A stretch of DNA of 63,425 nt, filler included, from Globobulimina sp. (lineage: Eukaryota): assembly GCA_003354225.1 (NCBI GenBank). It is 37 parts of 37 records of this genome, joined end to end, with 100 filler letters (N's around TTAATTAATTAA, not from the genome) between each part and the next. Parts side by side here need not be neighbours in the genome. Positions count along the whole stretch, not along the records: positions 60,094 to 61,709 come from PIVH01014074.1; positions 61,810 to 63,425 come from PIVH01014075.1; 35 more parts are not named here. One strand, given 5' to 3'. The stretch's first letter is position 1. The number at the start of each line of letters is the position of its first letter. Positions 59,994-63,425 of the stretch are shown piece by piece. The notes beneath the pieces are model-generated. The model did no database searches, was not told the DNA's origin, and saw only the letters and a program-made list of their open reading frames with translations. The position numbers were made by a program, and so were the translations under genes.

Positions 59994-61306
59994 NNNNNNN
60001 NNNNNNNNNNNNNNNNNNNNNNNNNNNNNNNNNNNNNTTAATTAATTAANNNNNNNNNNNNNNNNNNNNNNNNNNNNNNNNNNNNNNNNNNNNACAAAGT
60101 AAACAAATTAAAGAGACAAAGCCTTAATTTTATTTCAGAAATCGGACAGAGATTCTCATCATAAAACAAAAAGGCCTCAGATGATTACATACCATTTTTT
60201 TAAATGATATTCTCTTTTAATAATTTTACCGCTTGTTGGAAGTTAGCTGTATCATCGCACTGTCTTTGTGTTCTGTTGGTGGTTCTGTGTTGGGCGCAGT
60301 AGTAGTTTGGTTTATACTAGAGTGCGCGTTGTGGGTCAATTTTTCTGCAAAAGATAGTTGCTTTACAAATGATGGTTGTTTGAATGAAGTTCGTTTCTGT
60401 TCAGTAGATTGTGCCATGCTTAGTATGACTGTTTTTTAATAGTTGAAAAATGACCCACCATTCCATACACGAAATTTGGATAAATGACACGAATATTTCC
60501 CCTGACAGAAAATATACACTGATGCAGATCCGTTATTGGAATATAAATCCGTTACTACATGTGACGATCGTGTGTCACGAGCGATTTGGGCAGGAAAGAG
60601 TTTGAGATTAAGTGTGTCAGCATTGACGGAGAGGTGCTCGCGAAGGAGACGTGTATGTTGACTGAGGAGTCCAATGTGATGTCGAGTGTGGAGATCAAAG
60701 GCTTTTGTGTCTTCACCATGTGTTTGTATTGCGTGTTGTCCTTTGATATTTAAACTCACTGGTTTGCCTTCCGTCATTGCTTCCAATACTGGTCTCGTGA
60801 CACAATTATCTGAAAAAAATTGTGCGTTGCAGAATCGAATACAATTGCCTGATTCTTCTTGCCTTTATACCTTTTGCCCAAAAACCCACCTTCAGCAGTG
60901 GATACATAATAACATATGAATGCTTGATCTAATACTCGTGACATCGCTATATTGATCGGAGAATATTTATTTTTTCACTTTGAAAAATTAATTTTTTATG
61001 ATTTTTACCAATAAAAAAAAAAATATTTTGGTATTCGCGTGTGTGGAGAGCATGGACTGTTATGGTATGGTTGTGCTGGCAATTGTATTAAAATCAAAGC
61101 AAAGACAAAGGATGAATGGAAAAAAATCGTTCAAATCAATAAAAAATTTGTGCATAAATGGAAAAAGAAAATACGGAATAAATTTGGAAATTGTTTGCAG
61201 TCATGTGTGAAAGAGTTCAAAAAATATGTGAAATGTAACGAAACTGAATGTGTCAATACATTTTGTAATAATATTTCAATGTTTTTGGATGCTTTTTGGC
61301 ATAATG

Positions 61307-61498
61307 TAAAACAACTTGGGATTTACACACGAATCAGTCAGTTTCAAACTGAAAATTGTCACAAAATGTAAAACAACTTGGGATTCACACACGAATCAGT
61401 CAGTTTCAAACTGAAAATTGTCACAAAATGGCAAAAATATAAAACAACTTGGATTCACACACGAATCAGTCAGTTTCAAACTGAAAATTGCCACAAAA
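61307..61498. repeat. ~61-70-bp tandem repeat, 3 copies
   Basis: AAAACAACTTGG(G)ATT(C)ACACACGAATCAGTCAGTTTCAAACTGAAAATTG(T/C)CACAAAA. Confidence 0.92.
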
Positions 61499-61809
61499 CG
61501 GGAAAAGATTCAATCGAATATTTCAGTTATGCTCCAATAAAATGTATGCGTTTGGTATTAAATTGTATGGAAAGGATTATTATATCAAAGTAATGGAAAA
61601 TACCGGGAATTGAAGGCATTGATTGTGTCTTTTATGACAGATGACTGCAGTCTCATTACCTCTCTGTTTTCCAGCCTTAGACAACGCGACCAAGAAACAA
61701 CACCGATTGNNNNNNNNNNNNNNNNNNNNNNNNNNNNNNNNNNNNNNNNNNNNTTAATTAATTAANNNNNNNNNNNNNNNNNNNNNNNNNNNNNNNNNNN
61801 NNNNNNNNN

Positions 61810-63014
61810 AAATTATCTTTATGATTATCAATCTCTCGCAAAGGGATGCTTATTTTTAATTTTTTCATCCATTTCTTAAACTGCTGACCATTATAATTCA
61901 CATATACATCCTCATAAATACCCCAAATAGGCTCCAGTATAAACTCCACAAACATGGGTAAAATATGATGTTTATAGCCTTTTTTGTGTATATTATTCTT
62001 ATAAAAGTAATAGTTTCCCCATAATGCGTTGATTAATACTTTGCGATTCATTTTCTTTCGAGAATGGTAATATTGCGCCACACTTTGGATGGTGAAGCCC
62101 CATTTATGCTTCGCCGAACAAAATATGACATTGCCTTTGTTTGGGGAGAAGAACCATTCACTTTCTTCATCCAATTTGACAGTGTACTCACTGGTATCAA
62201 TCACTTTTTTGTTCCCATCATCGTCGGCAATGTGCAAGTTTTTCTTTTTTTCACTATGAGGGTGCTCCGAATGTTGTTCATGTATCTTTTTAAATGCTTG
62301 GCCAGTCGCAAAGGTGGAGACCAATGCATTGATGCGACCGATTAATTTGTCAATGTGTACGTATGCTTCCATCGCATTCATATTTAGCTCTATTTTTAAG
62401 CGATCCATTTTGTTTAATACTAATATTGGCACAACACATTCAGTCCAGGCCTGTTTTAATACGGATATTGTCTGCACACAAATGCCTTCCAATACGTCTA
62501 CTAATACCAAAGCACCATCGCAGAGTCGTACGGCGGTGGAGGCTTCATTGGAAAAGTCAACGTGGCCCGGACTGTCCACTAAATTCACTAGAAATGGTAC
62601 TGCAGTATGTGTTTTTAAGTGTTTTTATTTTGACGATGTTTAAGTACATTGCAAACTTAACATTTTGCTTTCCGTGGCATGTAAACAAGTGAGATGGAGG
62701 ATGCCTTCATCGTGATTTGGCGCTCTTGTTCATCTGCACTGTGTGCATGTGTTATTTATCATGGTTTTAGTATTTTTGTTTGTTTTTTAGAATGTATGAA
62801 TAATCAAAATAGCATAGAAATTGCATAAACCTAACCGGCTATCTAAATATCTGAGATTGCCAGCGTTTTTGGATGATATGATACCGTTCCATGAGATCAG
62901 ATGATCAGATAACGTAGTTTTGCCGTGGTCGACATGTGCTAAGAAACAGACGTTTCGAATATTATCTGTTTGTGTTTGCAAAGCAGCTATTTCGTTTAAA
63001 GTAATTCGAGGCAT
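61810..63014 (-). CDS. EFL1: Elongation factor-like GTPase 1 (Ria1), N-terminal part; introns 62835-62739 and 62661-62600
   Basis: [28 protein letters not shown]...[40 protein letters not shown] and NKMDRL motifs. Confidence 0.93.
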
Positions 63015-63425
63015 GATTTTACTAAAAATGTTTTGTAAATGTTTCAAGTGCAAACAAAAACTGCTTTGAACTACACAACATTGCACTGTTTAATTTACTA
63101 AATACTAAATACGTTTAATTTGTCGGATTAATTTATACCACGGACAGAATTTCTGTTAAAACAATCACACACAGTCAAAAATTAATAAATCTTGTCTACG
63201 ACCATGATAATCACTTGTTTGTTGTATTGATATTTTTATTTTTGGATATTTAATATTTAATGATGATGAGATTGATGAATATACAAAAAATAACCAACTT
63301 CGTCTATCTCCACTCCCTTCTTTTCTATCCTTCCATACGCCATATAATGAACATTTTATTTTATTTCTTTTTCTTGTTTCACTTAAAATATCCAATAAAC
63401 CACATAATGAAAATTGATATGAATA

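Noticed and set aside
61307-61498. CRISPR-like 3-copy repeat
   Set aside because: Head-to-tail tandem units with no unique spacers.
1-63425. Uniform ~1.6-kb gene-sized pieces resembling nanochromosomes, with a regular TTAATTAATTAA motif
   Set aside because: The lengths are size-sorted, genes are cut at the ends, there are no telomeres, and the spacer is a synthetic six-frame stop linker. Neighbouring contigs are not linked.

Overview
This window is not contiguous DNA. It is 37 unrelated contigs of about 1616-1618 bp, ordered by decreasing length and joined by an artificial N44-TTAATTAATTAA-N44 spacer that puts stops in all six frames. The DNA is AT-rich eukaryotic nuclear sequence with short (about 55-110 nt) introns. 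The gene repertoire (Ras and RasGEFs, Kelch, SPRY, PT-repeat surface proteins) suggests a rhizarian protist, probably a foraminiferan; this assignment is inference. Recognisable genes include Ras, SPCS2, an EF-hand/WD40 protein, YME1/FtsH, a PP6/PP4-like phosphatase, PRCP, CRAL-TRIO-PH, pectin acetylesterase, amidohydrolase, two RasGEFs, an Ulp/SENP protease, C2H2 and RING proteins, MPDU1, midasin and EFL1. Mobile and repetitive DNA includes a CRE-like retrotransposon, several MITEs and minisatellites. The most notable observations are: (1) a major class of GTT(R)AGT 'shifted-register' 5' splice sites; (2) a dispersed tRNA-like element family with a hypervariable anticodon loop and a compensatory T-stem change; (3) a very divergent RNAi-type RdRP with an inserted helical domain; (4) a PUB-RasGEF fusion; (5) an unnamed N-terminal motif shared by Kelch and SPRY proteins; (6) a GC-rich foreign-looking ORF with an in-frame TAG; (7) a Merlin-like MITE with an 8-bp target-site duplication. 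All assignments are by eye, without database searches.
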